The notes: generated by a model from the sequence alone, not told the origin. Shown: positions 1 to 10,568, counted from the first letter of the stretch. The stretch is DNA of 64,000 nucleotides from Deltaproteobacteria bacterium (GCA_021780225.1 JAJXZF010000017.1:13152-77151); one strand, 5' to 3'. Numbers and translations are program-made.

Positions 1-105
1 TCCTAACCCTCCGCGAAACAAGATGTCCACCCCGCATACCGACGGATTCCCGTGCGGGGCGATCCGCGCCAAATTTCCGCATCGGGCGCATCCGTTCGAC
101 CGCAA

Positions 106-1605
106 TCAGGAGCGATGCGCGAGGCCTTCATGCGCTATCCGCGGATTGGTCGCGGTCAGGACCAGGACCTTGGGGCGTTTGGGCAATTCGTCGATGGTCC
201 ATCCGCCGCCCAGCGCGCGAATCAAATTGACGCTGGATTGAAGGAGCGCCTCCTTGATGTTTATCTCTTGTTCCTCCGCCGACAACGCCGTGGCTTGATC
301 GACCAACGGTTCGAGGTAATTCTTGGCGCCGAGCAGATAAAGTTCGAACGCCAACTTTTCCGCCTGCACCGCGTCGTACACCGCGTTTTGCTGCTGTTCG
401 CATTCCTGCGACAGCAGATTCACATTCGACAGGCCGTCTTCGACTTGGCGGAAAGCGAGGAGCGCGGTGGCGCGATAGTTTTCGACCGTCGCACGCCACT
501 GTGCGACGGTCCTAGCCAATTGGGCGTGCAGCAGACCGCCCTCGAACAACGGCATTGCCAACGACGGACCGAGCGACCAGAAGCTGAAAGGAGCGCTCAA
601 AGCGGCGCCGCCGGTCGCGCCAAAACTGCCGACGATATTGTTGATCGAGAGGTTTGGATAAAACGCGGCCCGCGCGACGCCGATTTCGGCGTTGGCGGCC
701 GCGACCCGCCGTTCAGCCGCCGCGATGTCGGGCCGGCGCTGCAGCAATGCGGACGGCACGCTGGTTGGAATCGCCGGAACGGCGATATCCATCACTTTCG
801 GCGCGATCGAAAACGCCGGCGCCGGCCGGCCTACGAGCGCGGCAATCATATGTTCGTAAACCGCCCGCTGCGCGCGAATGCCCGATTCCTGGGCCTGGGC
901 GGATTCGAGCTGATAGCGGGCCTGTGCGACTTCCAGACCCGAAGCGATCTGCCCGGATTGCCGTTCGTCTACGACCTGAAGGTACGCCTGATAAACCTTC
1001 ACCGTGTCGACCAGCAGCCTTACGTCGTCGTCGAGTTCGCGGAGCGTGAGATAGGAACTGGCGAGCGCCGCCTCCAGACTCAGTTGCGCGGCCGCGAGGT
1101 CCGCCGCTGCGGCCTGCGCCGTGAATACGCCGGCCGCGATCGAATTATGAATCTGGTCCCAGAAGTCGACTTCATAATGGATTTCGGCAAAGGCGGTGGA
1201 GTTGCCGAAGTAAGTCATCTGGTAGGGCGTGCCGATCGCAGGTCCCATCGTGGTCGCGCTTGGAGTGGTTAAACCGTTGGCGGTGACGAACGGGAAAAGA
1301 TAGGCGTTCAGTTCGAGCGCCCGATCTTTGTAGGCGTCGTAATTCGCCAAAGCGGCCGCGAGCGTCGGGTTTGCCGCGATCAACCGGGTTTCCAACTTGT
1401 CCAGTTCAGGATCGCGGTACATCCGCCACCACGGACCGCGCGGCAGCGCGTCCCCGGGCTTGGCGGGCTGCCACGTTCCGCCCTCTTTGTAGCTGACGGG
1501 AAGGACGCCGAGAGTAGCGGCCGGCGACCGGTAGTGCGGCGCGAGGTTGCAGGCGTTGAGGAGACATACGGCGCCGGCCGCAAGCATCAAAAGGCACCGC
1601 TTCAT
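106..1605 (-). CDS. RND efflux system outer membrane factor lipoprotein (NodT/OprM family)
   Basis: 499-aa ORF with an N-terminal lipoprotein signal MKRCLLMLAAGAVCLLNAC (lipobox LLNAC). Long coiled alpha-helical repeats typical of OMF proteins. Its start overlaps the stop of the upstream adaptor gene (ATGA), and it is the last gene of a three-gene efflux operon on the minus strand. Confidence 0.9.
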   Translation of the reverse strand: MKRCLLMLAAGAVCLLNACNLAPHYRSPAATLGVLPVSYKEGGTWQPAKPGDALPRGPWWRMYRDPELDKLETRLIAANPTLAAALANYDAYKDRALELNAYLFPFVTANGLTTPSATTMGPAIGTPYQMTYFGNSTAFAEIHYEVDFWDQIHNSIAAGVFTAQAAAADLAAAQLSLEAALASSYLTLRELDDDVRLLVDTVKVYQAYLQVVDERQSGQIASGLEVAQARYQLESAQAQESGIRAQRAVYEHMIAALVGRPAPAFSIAPKVMDIAVPAIPTSVPSALLQRRPDIAAAERRVAAANAEIGVARAAFYPNLSINNIVGSFGATGGAALSAPFSFWSLGPSLAMPLFEGGLLHAQLARTVAQWRATVENYRATALLAFRQVEDGLSNVNLLSQECEQQQNAVYDAVQAEKLAFELYLLGAKNYLEPLVDQATALSAEEQEINIKEALLQSSVNLIRALGGGWTIDELPKRPKVLVLTATNPRIAHEGLAHRS

Positions 1606-2900
1606 TTGCTCGAGTACGAAACGCGCCGCACGCGGCTTTGGCGGCTTTCAAGCCCGGGAAAAACGCCGCGCGTTCCGACCACACGGACGAGGTCGCCGTC
1701 GTCAAGCGCGTCGGGCGGGCTGTCGATCACCCGATCGGCGGCGGTGATGCCGGAGACGACGATCACGCTTGCGCCCATGTCCTTGCCGATCGTTACGTTT
1801 TTGAGACGCACGCGGTCGTCGGGGCCGAGAGTGGCGACCTGCAGGCCGTTGTCCTGGAAGATCAACGCGCTGCTGGGTATTTCGACCGCGTTCGGCCGCG
1901 GCGGTAATTTGAAATAGACGTCCGCGTAGGTTCCGGGATAAAGCTCGTCCTTCGGATTCGGCGCCCAAAGCTCGACCAACAGAGTTCGGGAATCGATGTT
2001 AATCGCGCCCGAGGTAGTGTTCACCGTGGCGGGAAACGCCTTCCCGGGCATCCCCGGAGCGCGGAGTTCCGCCTTCATTCCAACATGGATTTCCGGCGCG
2101 TACATCTGGGGCACGCGCACATAGACCCGCATCATGTGGGTATCGGCGACCTCGAACATCTCGGGCTGGTTCGAGACGCCATTGGCCTTGACGAACGCGC
2201 CCACATCGGTCCGGCGCGCGGTAACGACGCCGTTGAACGGCGCGACCAGGTATTTGAATTTCTCCAGCGCCTCGAGCCGATCGAGTTCGCCCTGAGCCGC
2301 CAAAGTCTGCGCTTCTGCCGCCTTCAGGTCGTAATCCGTGACGTCGGTCGATTGGCGGGAGACGGGTTCGAACCGTTGGCCAACACCTTTCCGCCAAAGC
2401 GCATTCCAGCGCCGCGCAGTAATTTCGGCCAATTTCTGATTGGCCTCCGCCCTGGCGACCAGCGCCTTCGCCTGAAGAACGTGCGCGTCGAGTTCGGGCG
2501 TGTCGATTACGGCGAGCAGATCGCCCTTTTTCACGCGCGCGCCGATATCCTTGTACCAGGCTTTCACATAGCCGCTCACCTGGCCGTAGATTGGCGCCCA
2601 ATACCAGGCTTCGACGTCTCCGGGCAGTTCAAGCGTTTGCGGCGCCGCGCCCACCATCGGCTGGACAGTCGCGACCGTGGGGATTGCGGCGGCGTTGGTC
2701 TGGATGGCGAGACGGGACGCCGAGTGCTCGCGCGAAATGATGCCCGCCACGGCGAGGAATATCGCGACTCCAAGTCCGATTACGCCGTACCGTTTGAGCT
2801 TGCGGAGCTTCTCGTCGTCGAGACGTTTCTCGTCTCCATCCGGCGCGTCCATGTTGTTGCGGTTCATCAAGTACGTCTGTGGTCGTGAAAATGAATACAT
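1602..2900 (-). CDS. RND efflux periplasmic adaptor subunit (membrane fusion protein, HlyD/AcrA family)
   Basis: 432-aa ORF with an N-terminal TM anchor (IGLGVAIFLAVAGII). Coiled-coil and lipoyl/beta-barrel motifs (LLAVIDTPELDAHVLQAKA...). Sits between the RND permease and the OMF gene, 13 nt downstream of the permease stop. Confidence 0.88.
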   Translation of the reverse strand: MYSFSRPQTYLMNRNNMDAPDGDEKRLDDEKLRKLKRYGVIGLGVAIFLAVAGIISREHSASRLAIQTNAAAIPTVATVQPMVGAAPQTLELPGDVEAWYWAPIYGQVSGYVKAWYKDIGARVKKGDLLAVIDTPELDAHVLQAKALVARAEANQKLAEITARRWNALWRKGVGQRFEPVSRQSTDVTDYDLKAAEAQTLAAQGELDRLEALEKFKYLVAPFNGVVTARRTDVGAFVKANGVSNQPEMFEVADTHMMRVYVRVPQMYAPEIHVGMKAELRAPGMPGKAFPATVNTTSGAINIDSRTLLVELWAPNPKDELYPGTYADVYFKLPPRPNAVEIPSSALIFQDNGLQVATLGPDDRVRLKNVTIGKDMGASVIVVSGITAADRVIDSPPDALDDGDLVRVVGTRGVFPGLESRQSRVRRVSYSSK

Positions 2901-2912
2901 GCTCCGTGTTCC

Positions 2913-5900
2913 TCAATTCTTTGTTTCGATTGCGATGGGCGAAGGCCCGTCTTCCTGTTTGCGATGGACCATGCTGAAGACGACTGGAACGAAAAACAGC
3001 GTCGAGAGGGTAGCGAACGCGAGACCGCCCACCACCGCGCGGCCGAGCGGGGCGTTTTGCTCCGCGCTCAATGCGGTCGGCAGCATGCCGATAATCATCG
3101 CGCCCGCCGTGATCAGGACCGGGCGAATTCGGGTGTAACCCGCTTCAACCGCCGCCTGCGCGGCGCTCGCGCCCGCCGCCAGCCGTTCGCGGGCGAAGCT
3201 AATCACCAGGATGCTGTTGGCGCTGGCGATTCCGATGGACATGATCGAGCCGATCAGCGCGGGAACCGAAAGCGTGGTGTGGGAAAGGAACAGGATCCAG
3301 ACGATCCCGGCGAGCGCGGCGGGCAAGCCCGCGATGACGACCAAGGGATCGAGCCAGCTCTGAAAATTTACCGTGATCAGCAGATAAACCAGCAGCGCGG
3401 ACACGGCGAGACCGGCGAAGAGTTCCCGGTATGCCGTCGCCATGATCATAACCTGGCCGCGCACGAAGACCTGCGAGCCGGGCGGACGCGACGGCGCGGC
3501 GGCGTCGATAATTCGGTGGATGTCTTTGTCGATTGAGCCAAGGTCGCGACCCTGGCGGTTTATGTAGATATCGATTACCGGCTGCGCATCGTAATGCGAA
3601 ACGACCGACGGCGACGGCGCCGGCCGAATCGTGGCCACTGCGCCAAGCACCTCGGGCGTGGTGCGTCCCGGTCCCATCGTCACGGCCGTCCCGCCGGCAA
3701 ACGCGGTGGCGCCGCCCGTGATCGACGTCACGCTTTGCGGGGGCATCCCGTTCCGCGGGTCGCCGGAATCGGTAATCGGCATGTTGTAGAGATCCGCCAG
3801 CGTGTCGATCCGATACTGCGGCATCATCGTCTGCAGCGGATAGGAGACGCCGGTTTTCCAGTCGAGCCAGAAGTTCGGACGCAACTGGAAACTGCCCGAC
3901 AACTCTTCGAGCAGGCCGCGCGCGACGTCGGCTTGAGTCAGGCCGACCATCTGCGCCAGCGTGCGATCGACGTCGATTTTGAGCATCGGATAGTTAAACC
4001 GCTGGAAGATGTGGACATCGACCGTTCCCGGCACGTGCACGATTTTCTTTTCGAGCTTGACGGCGTATGCGTACGTCGCCATCCGGTCCGGACCCGTCAC
4101 CTGTACGTCGATCGGCGCCGGGGCGCCGAAATTGAGTATTTGGGTCGAAATGTCGGCCGGGAGGAACGAAAAAATCACGCTGGGAAAACGGTTCGGAAGG
4201 ATCCGGCGCAGCGTCGCGATATATTTGAACGTCGAAAGGTGGCCGGGATTTTCCTGAACAATGATATCCGCGTCTTCGGGACCGACCGTGCCCGTATTTT
4301 GGTACGCCATGTCGATCGGGCTGTAGGGGATATCGATGTTGTCGATGATATTCGCGATGTCGTGCGGCCGAATCACCTGCCGCATCACCCGCTCGATTCG
4401 ATCGCAAAGGCGCGCCGTGTCCTCGATTCGCGTGCCCGTCGGCGCCGAAACGTGCATCAGAATCGCCCCTCCGTCGACGTCGGGAAAGAAATTGCTTCCC
4501 AGCCATGGCGTGAGCGCGATCAGCGAAATCAGAATCGCCGCGAGGAAGCCGATAACGAAGTTGCGGCTGTTCGCCACCGCGAGTTCGAGCAGCTCCTGAT
4601 ACCGCCCGCGCATTTTCAGGAAACCGTGCTCGAAACGCTGCTGAAACCGCGTGAACGGATTGCGCGACATCGGCGCGTAATCGTGCGCGCCGTGTTCGCT
4701 TTCGGACATCCAATACCGGGCGATCATCGGCACGAACGTGATTGAAAGCAGGAACGCGCCCACAAGCGCGTAGATGACGGCTTCCGCCAGCGGAACGAAC
4801 AGATAGTGCGAAACTCCCGTCAGCGTGAACATCGGCACGAAAACGATGCAGATCGCGAGCAGCGAAACGAGCGACGGCGCGACGATTTGCCGCGCGCCGT
4901 CGAGAATCGCGGTGACGATGTCTTTGCCCTGCTCGAGATGGTAACTGAAATTCTCCAGCGTCACGGTGGCCGCGTCGACGAGGATGCCGACCGCAAGCGC
5001 GAGGCCCCCCAGCGTCATCGAGTTGATCGTCCGGCCGGTCGCGGACAGCACCACGACTGAAAACAGCGCCGCCAGCGGAATTGTCATCACGATAATCAGC
5101 GTCGACCGCCAGTCGCCCAGAAACAGCAACACCAGCAGGCCCGTGAGCGCCGCCGCGATCACGGCTTCGCGCACCACGACCTCGACCGCTTCCTTGACGA
5201 ACACCGATTGATCGCCGAACAGCCTTATCTTCAGCGATTTCGGCATCGCCTCTTTGATCAGCGGCACCATCCGCTTCACGCCCGCAACGATGGCGAGCGT
5301 TGACTCGGACCCCGATTTGAAGACCGGAAGCAGAACCGCGCGGCGCCCATTGACCCGCACCAGATTGGTCTGCGGCGGCGCGCCGTCGTGCACGTAGGCG
5401 ATGTCGCGCATATAAATGACGGTGCCGTTGACCCGCTTAATCGGCATGTCGTTGATCGCCTGAATGTGAATCGGGCTCGAATTCAGCCGCACATGCCATT
5501 CGAAACGTCCGATCTTTTCCGTGCCCGCTGGAATGATCAGGTTCTGGCGCATCAACGCGTTGGTGACGTCCGCGGGTGAGACGCCATGGGCCTGCATCGC
5601 CTGCAAATTCAAATCGGCTTCGGTGTGCCGCCATAGGCCGCCGTATGGAAGCGGAATAGCCGCGCCGGGCACGCTCGCCAGCTGCGGGCGAATGAAGTTG
5701 TTGCCCAGATCGAACAGCACGAACTGCGACAAGCCCTTGCCCGACATCGCTAGCTGCAAAATCGGCACCGTTGTCGCGTTGTAGGCCAGCACGTATGGCG
5801 GCGTGGTGCCAGGCGGCAGAAATTTCAGCACCGTTTGCGCCGCCGCGGTCACCTGCGCAACCGCGAAATTGATGTTGACGCTGGGCTGAAAAAAAATCTT

Positions 5901-6176
5901 GATGATGCCGTAGCCGATCACCGCCTCGGATTGCAGCGACTTGATGTCGTTGACCTGCGTGGTCACCATCCGCTCGAAGAAATAGTTGATTCGCGCCGAC
6001 ATCTCGTCCGGCAGCAGCCCGTTGTACGTCCAGACCACGGCGACCACCGGGATGTTCACGTCGGGGAACATGTCGACCGGCGTGTCCAGGGTCGCGCGCG
6101 CGCCAGCCAGCAAGATCAACACGGTCATCACAATGATCGTGATCGGCTGTTTCAGCGAAATTTTGACGAACCACAT
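2913..6176 (-). CDS. RND efflux transporter permease subunit (AcrB/HAE1-like)
   Basis: 1087-aa ORF with a 12-TM two-lobed architecture. The N-terminus MWFVKISLKQPITIIVMTVLILLAG and the AcrB-like TM4 region GLLVLLFLGDWRSTLIIVMTIPLAALFSVVVL are characteristic. First gene of the operon. Confidence 0.93.
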   Translation of the reverse strand: MWFVKISLKQPITIIVMTVLILLAGARATLDTPVDMFPDVNIPVVAVVWTYNGLLPDEMSARINYFFERMVTTQVNDIKSLQSEAVIGYGIIKIFFQPSVNINFAVAQVTAAAQTVLKFLPPGTTPPYVLAYNATTVPILQLAMSGKGLSQFVLFDLGNNFIRPQLASVPGAAIPLPYGGLWRHTEADLNLQAMQAHGVSPADVTNALMRQNLIIPAGTEKIGRFEWHVRLNSSPIHIQAINDMPIKRVNGTVIYMRDIAYVHDGAPPQTNLVRVNGRRAVLLPVFKSGSESTLAIVAGVKRMVPLIKEAMPKSLKIRLFGDQSVFVKEAVEVVVREAVIAAALTGLLVLLFLGDWRSTLIIVMTIPLAALFSVVVLSATGRTINSMTLGGLALAVGILVDAATVTLENFSYHLEQGKDIVTAILDGARQIVAPSLVSLLAICIVFVPMFTLTGVSHYLFVPLAEAVIYALVGAFLLSITFVPMIARYWMSESEHGAHDYAPMSRNPFTRFQQRFEHGFLKMRGRYQELLELAVANSRNFVIGFLAAILISLIALTPWLGSNFFPDVDGGAILMHVSAPTGTRIEDTARLCDRIERVMRQVIRPHDIANIIDNIDIPYSPIDMAYQNTGTVGPEDADIIVQENPGHLSTFKYIATLRRILPNRFPSVIFSFLPADISTQILNFGAPAPIDVQVTGPDRMATYAYAVKLEKKIVHVPGTVDVHIFQRFNYPMLKIDVDRTLAQMVGLTQADVARGLLEELSGSFQLRPNFWLDWKTGVSYPLQTMMPQYRIDTLADLYNMPITDSGDPRNGMPPQSVTSITGGATAFAGGTAVTMGPGRTTPEVLGAVATIRPAPSPSVVSHYDAQPVIDIYINRQGRDLGSIDKDIHRIIDAAAPSRPPGSQVFVRGQVMIMATAYRELFAGLAVSALLVYLLITVNFQSWLDPLVVIAGLPAALAGIVWILFLSHTTLSVPALIGSIMSIGIASANSILVISFARERLAAGASAAQAAVEAGYTRIRPVLITAGAMIIGMLPTALSAEQNAPLGRAVVGGLAFATLSTLFFVPVVFSMVHRKQEDGPSPIAIETKN

Positions 6177-6985
6177 CGATTATTCCCGTGCGGCGATGAT
6201 GCGGCGGCCACGGCGGCGAACGGTTCATCCTGCTGGAACGCCGCTTGCGCGTTGTTCATCCTGCGAATTGCCGGATCGCATGCTGTCGAAGGTTGCGCTG
6301 CGGCGACAATAAACTCCCGTTGCGCGTTCGGATGGCGCACGATATCAACCGCTATCCTTGGATCGATTGCGCTTGCGCGCGCTCGATCCCTTGCATTGAC
6401 GATTAATTTGGCTGAGCTAAACGGACCCGAGACGGCCGTCCGCCTTGGTCAGGCGAGTGCGGCCAAACCGTCGTCGGACGGCAGGCGAATCAACCGGTGG
6501 AATGCGGTCTGTCGGCGCAGCATGGCCGCGGCGATCGCGAGCGCGGTGATGTCGGGCGAAATTCGACCGCCGCTGACAAGCGGCCGCGTTATCATTTGAA
6601 GCGGGCTGCGCTCAGGCGAAGTCCGCTTCGCCCGCGTGCTTTCGATCGAGGTCAGCGCATCTCCGGAATTGTCGCAAATGGCTCTTGGTTGTGAGTAGCG
6701 AGTGGCGGCGCGATCGATCTGCGTGATGCGCGGAAGCGGCGCGTATTCCGCGCCCAGTGGCGTCATTCCGAGCAGGCAAATCAGCGGAATCAATAGACCG
6801 CGAAACAACTTTGTAGCGGCTCGCATCACTAACCGAACGCTAATCAATCCACCTACAATATTAGTCTCTCGTCTGCGGATGCGCAACGGGGCGATCAAGA
6901 AAACCGCACGGAGCGTGGGCGAAACGAAGCCATGGCCGCATTGTGCGAGACTCGGAAGTCTATGTAGGCATTAGGGCGCGGTAAG

Positions 6986-7636
6986 CTAATCGCGTCCGCC
7001 GCCGAACATTTTTTCTTCGATTGCGATCGCCGCCGCGAACTTCGGCCGCGCTTGAATCCGCTGGATATACGCAGCCAGCTTTGGCCAGCGCGAATGGGCC
7101 AGCGAGCCGCCCGCGAAGCGGTAGTTGACGAATTGAGTGGCGATTGCGAGATCCGCGATCGAGAACATCCCGCCCGCGAGGTAATCGCCCGCGATCTGAT
7201 TTTCCAGATAGTCGAACATCGGCGGCAGATCTTTGTCGAGCGCCTGCTGAAAAAGCGCTTCGTCGAACGCCCGCTTCAGGAATCGCGGTCCGATAATCCG
7301 GTTGAAGAACATTTTGCCGCCGACTATCGGGGAAAGCCCGCTGTCGCCATATTCCTCGAACCACAGCGCCCGCGCATATTCGTAAGGATCGGACGGATAG
7401 AGAGCGGGCGCCGGATGCGCCTTTTCGAGATAGGCGCAAATAATCGAAGAATCGGCGAGCGCCTTGTCGCCGTCCATGAAGGCGGGGATTTTTCCGAGCG
7501 GGCTTATTTTGCGATATTCCGGCGTCGCGGGAAACGGCACGATCTGTTCGTGCTCGTAGGCCAGCCCTTTTTCGTCCAGAACGACTTTGACCTTGCGCAC
7601 GAACGGCGAACCGTAGGCGCCGAGCAGCTTAAGCAT
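6986..7636 (-). CDS. glutathione S-transferase
   Basis: C-terminal 217 aa of the long ORF 6986..8203, starting at MLKLLGAYGSPFVRKVKVVLDEKGLAYEH, a typical GST N-terminal thioredoxin-like domain, followed by an alpha-helical C-domain. The upstream 190-codon extension is Arg/Gly-rich junk overlapping the suhB-like gene, so I place the start at the internal ATG at 7636. Confidence 0.82.
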   Translation of the reverse strand: MLKLLGAYGSPFVRKVKVVLDEKGLAYEHEQIVPFPATPEYRKISPLGKIPAFMDGDKALADSSIICAYLEKAHPAPALYPSDPYEYARALWFEEYGDSGLSPIVGGKMFFNRIIGPRFLKRAFDEALFQQALDKDLPPMFDYLENQIAGDYLAGGMFSIADLAIATQFVNYRFAGGSLAHSRWPKLAAYIQRIQARPKFAAAIAIEEKMFGGGRD

Positions 7637-7725
7637 CGAATGCGGCTCCCCGGAATTTGTCCGCGGCGATCGTAATGGTTTCATGATGAAACCGTCAATC
7701 CGCGCCCGCGCGGCCCGCGGCGCGC

Positions 7726-8631
7726 TTATGACGCGGCTGGACCGCCGTTTTCGGCCAGCATTTCGCGATGGCGCCGTTCGGCTTCGGGGCGTGCGCCGGC
7801 GATCGTTTCGATCATTTCCTGATGAATCGCGCCGTTGCTGGCGATGATCCGCGCTTCCGCCAAATCGAGCCGCGAACCGTCCATGTTGCTGACGTGTCCG
7901 CCCGCTTCCTCGACCAGCAGTGCGCCCGCCGCGACGTCCCATGGTTTGAGCCCGAACTCCCAGAATCCGTCCACGCGCCCGCACGCCACGTAGGCCAGAT
8001 CCAGCGCCGCCGAACCGGTGCGCCGCACCCCCTGGCATAGCGTCATGAACGATTCCCAGAAGGCGAGGTAATAGCGCCGGCGTTCGCGCCGATCGTAGGG
8101 AAAGCCGGTCGCCAGCAAGGCAAGATCGAGAGACGGCGTGCGGCTCGTCCGGATCGGTTTGCCGTTGAGCCGCGCGCCCCGGCCGCGCGCCGCCACGAAG
8201 CATTCCTTTTTGAACGCGTCGAGCACGACGCCCACCTGCACCCGTCCGCGCCGCTCATATGCGATCGACACGCAGAACATCGGAAAGCCGTGGGCGAAAT
8301 TGGTGGTTCCGTCGAGCGGATCGACGATCCATCGATGCTCCCCGCCGGGCGCGGCGCCGCGCCCCTCTTCCGCCAGCACCGCGTGGGTGGGAAAGGCGCG
8401 TTGCAGCATCTCGACCACGGTCGCCTCGGCCTCGTGGTCCGCTTCCGTCACCAGATCGATCGGATTGCTCTTGCGCGTCACGCTGGTGCGGCTGAGCCAT
8501 TTGAGATGGACTCTCGCGGCCGCCCGTGCCGCGCGCATCGCGACCTTTTCGATCTCCGCCAATTCCGCCACGGGATGCAAAGTTATTTGAGCGTCGGCGG
8601 CCACGCCAGCTTTTGGCTTCAGGATATGCAC
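7726..8631 (-). CDS. suhB: inositol monophosphatase family protein (SuhB-like)
   Basis: 301-aa ORF with IMPase motifs WIVDPLDGTTNFAHGFP (metal-binding DPxDGT) and GGHVSNMDG. The exact start is uncertain and may be internal. Confidence 0.82.
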   Translation of the reverse strand: MHILKPKAGVAADAQITLHPVAELAEIEKVAMRAARAAARVHLKWLSRTSVTRKSNPIDLVTEADHEAEATVVEMLQRAFPTHAVLAEEGRGAAPGGEHRWIVDPLDGTTNFAHGFPMFCVSIAYERRGRVQVGVVLDAFKKECFVAARGRGARLNGKPIRTSRTPSLDLALLATGFPYDRRERRRYYLAFWESFMTLCQGVRRTGSAALDLAYVACGRVDGFWEFGLKPWDVAAGALLVEEAGGHVSNMDGSRLDLAEARIIASNGAIHQEMIETIAGARPEAERRHREMLAENGGPAAS

Positions 8632-8741
8632 AGAAGAGGCGCAAGCGCCCGCATAAGTTGCTTACGAAAGATGGCGGCGCCGCCCTAGGATCGTTCTTGT
8701 GGTCGTGTCCCCCGGGGCGCGGCTTCCGATGGATGACGAAC

Positions 8742-9356
8742 ATGCGGCTCATTCGCGTCATTGCGCTGATTGTGTCGATCGCCCTATTCGCGCGGTTGCT
8801 CGACGCCTGCGCGCCGGCCGCGAAGCGCGTTAATACGCAATACGCCGCCCCCGCCGGATCGCAATCGCCGCCGCGCCCCGCGGCGCCCGAAACCCTTCCG
8901 CCGTTGCCGGCCGAACCCGCAGCGCAAGCGCGGACGATCACCAATTATCTGAAATCTCATCGTCTGCCGCTGGTCGGCGTCAACGTCGTCGAGGAGGACG
9001 GCCGCCGCCAGGCGATTCTCTACGGCTTCGTAGCGACGCCGTTCGGCAGGCAGGACGCGGAACAAAAGACGCGCGGATTCTTTCGCGATTCGAAGGTTGA
9101 AATCGTGAACCGGATCATTGTCGAGCCGCAACTTTTAGAGGCTAAAGCAAAGGTTCCGTCGCCCGCGGAAGAAACCGTTCCGAGCGCCGGCCCCTCCCCG
9201 TCTCAAGCGTACGGAAACTATTCGCCGGCGGCGGAAAATCCCGATATTGCGGCCTACCAGCAATACCAGGGAGGTGGATATCAGCCGCCGCGTCCGGGGA
9301 CCGGACCGGATGTCCTGCTTTGGCTCCTCGTGATCGCGTCGATGTTCGTTCCATGA
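8742..9356 (+). CDS. BON-domain lipoprotein (hypothetical)
   Basis: ATG at 8742 gives MRLIRVIALIVSIALFARLLDAC, a lipobox (LLDAC). A BON-like segment follows (LPLVGVNVVEEDGRRQAILYGFVATPFGRQDAEQKTRGFFRDSKVEIVNRIIV), then a Pro/Gln/Tyr/Gly-rich tail and a C-terminal hydrophobic stretch. The upstream part of ORF 8526.. is antisense to the suhB 5' end. Confidence 0.6.
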   Translation: MRLIRVIALIVSIALFARLLDACAPAAKRVNTQYAAPAGSQSPPRPAAPETLPPLPAEPAAQARTITNYLKSHRLPLVGVNVVEEDGRRQAILYGFVATPFGRQDAEQKTRGFFRDSKVEIVNRIIVEPQLLEAKAKVPSPAEETVPSAGPSPSQAYGNYSPAAENPDIAAYQQYQGGGYQPPRPGTGPDVLLWLLVIASMFVP

Positions 9357-9386
9357 GCGCCGCCGGTCCGCGGCCGAACGCCGGCC

Positions 9387-10568
9387 CTACCAGCGCGGCG
9401 TTTCGGCGAGCGATACGCCGAGCGCGGCTTTGCCGATCAATTCCCGCGCGCGGGCGTTCGACAACGGATGATTCGGACCGGCGCGCACGTCGCGGTAGTG
9501 GCGTTCGAGCGGAAACTTGCGATGCAATCCGTGCGCGCCGGCCATTTCCATGCACAGGTCAACAATTTTGACCGCGTTATTGGTCGCGACGTATTTGGGC
9601 ATTACCACCCGCGCCAGACCCTCTTCGCCCGCGAACGAGCGCGGGTCGCGCACGTACTCCTCGCCGGTCTGGAGAAAAAGCGCGCGCGATTGGGCGAGCA
9701 GCGCCTGCGCCTCCGCCATCGCGAACTGCGTTCCAGGCAAATATGAAATCGGCCGCGGCAGCGTCATCGGACGATGCCGCCCGGCGAATTCGCATGCGAA
9801 TTTGAGCGCCGCCTGCGCGATTCCCGTGTAAATCGCCGCGACCGACACACTGAACCAGGCGAACAGCGAGATGCCGGTTTCGTCGATCGGCCCGATCGGT
9901 CGCCGCTCCGACATCGCGGCCTCGCCCAGCCGCACGTCTTTCAGAATCAGGTCGTGGCTCGCGGTCGCCCGCATCGCCATCGTGTCCCAGGTTTCGATTA
10001 TCTCCGCGCCCGGCGCGCCGCGCGGAACGGCGAACGTCGCGCTGGCCGGCGGTCCCGAATCCTCCTCAATCGTGGCCATCACCATGAAGATGTCGATCAC
10101 GGGCGAAAGGCTGGTGAACGCCTTGCGGCCGTTGAGCACCCAGCGATTGCCGTCGCGCCGCGCCCGGGTCGCGAAAAATCCCCAGTCGCCGCCAGTCTCA
10201 GGCTCGCTGATGCCGCCGCCGATTATCCTGCGATGGCGGCCGACGAGATCGAAAAACAACTGGTCGCGCGGGCCGCCCGCCGAGCGTTCGACCATGCTGC
10301 CGAGTCCGAACAGATGCATGTTGATCGAGAGCGCCGTCGCCGCGCATCCCCGAGCCAGCCGCTCCTGGCAGAGCGCGTAATCGATTAAATCCGCGCCCAG
10401 GCCGCCGTTGCGTTCCGGAATCACCAGCGCCGTGTAGCCGGTTTCTTTCATCCGTTCGACGTTTTCGACCGGAAAGCTCGCCTCGCGATCGTGTTGCGCC
10501 GCGCGCGTCGCGAAATCGTCGGCCAGTTCGCCCGCCAGCGCGAGCAGTTTCGCCTGCCGTTCAGACAT
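9387..10568 (-). CDS. acyl-CoA dehydrogenase family protein
   Basis: Start at the internal ATG giving MSERQAKLLALAGELADDF. ACAD N-terminal, middle and C-terminal domain pattern (GGGISEPETGGDW; ...MEMAGAHGLHRKFPLERHYRDVR...). Confidence 0.85.
   Translation of the reverse strand: MSERQAKLLALAGELADDFATRAAQHDREASFPVENVERMKETGYTALVIPERNGGLGADLIDYALCQERLARGCAATALSINMHLFGLGSMVERSAGGPRDQLFFDLVGRHRRIIGGGISEPETGGDWGFFATRARRDGNRWVLNGRKAFTSLSPVIDIFMVMATIEEDSGPPASATFAVPRGAPGAEIIETWDTMAMRATASHDLILKDVRLGEAAMSERRPIGPIDETGISLFAWFSVSVAAIYTGIAQAALKFACEFAGRHRPMTLPRPISYLPGTQFAMAEAQALLAQSRALFLQTGEEYVRDPRSFAGEEGLARVVMPKYVATNNAVKIVDLCMEMAGAHGLHRKFPLERHYRDVRAGPNHPLSNARARELIGKAALGVSLAETPRW

Noticed and set aside
7637-8203. 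N-terminal extension of the GST ORF
   Set aside because: It overlaps the suhB-like gene on the same strand in another frame and is low-complexity. The conserved GST domain starts at the internal Met.
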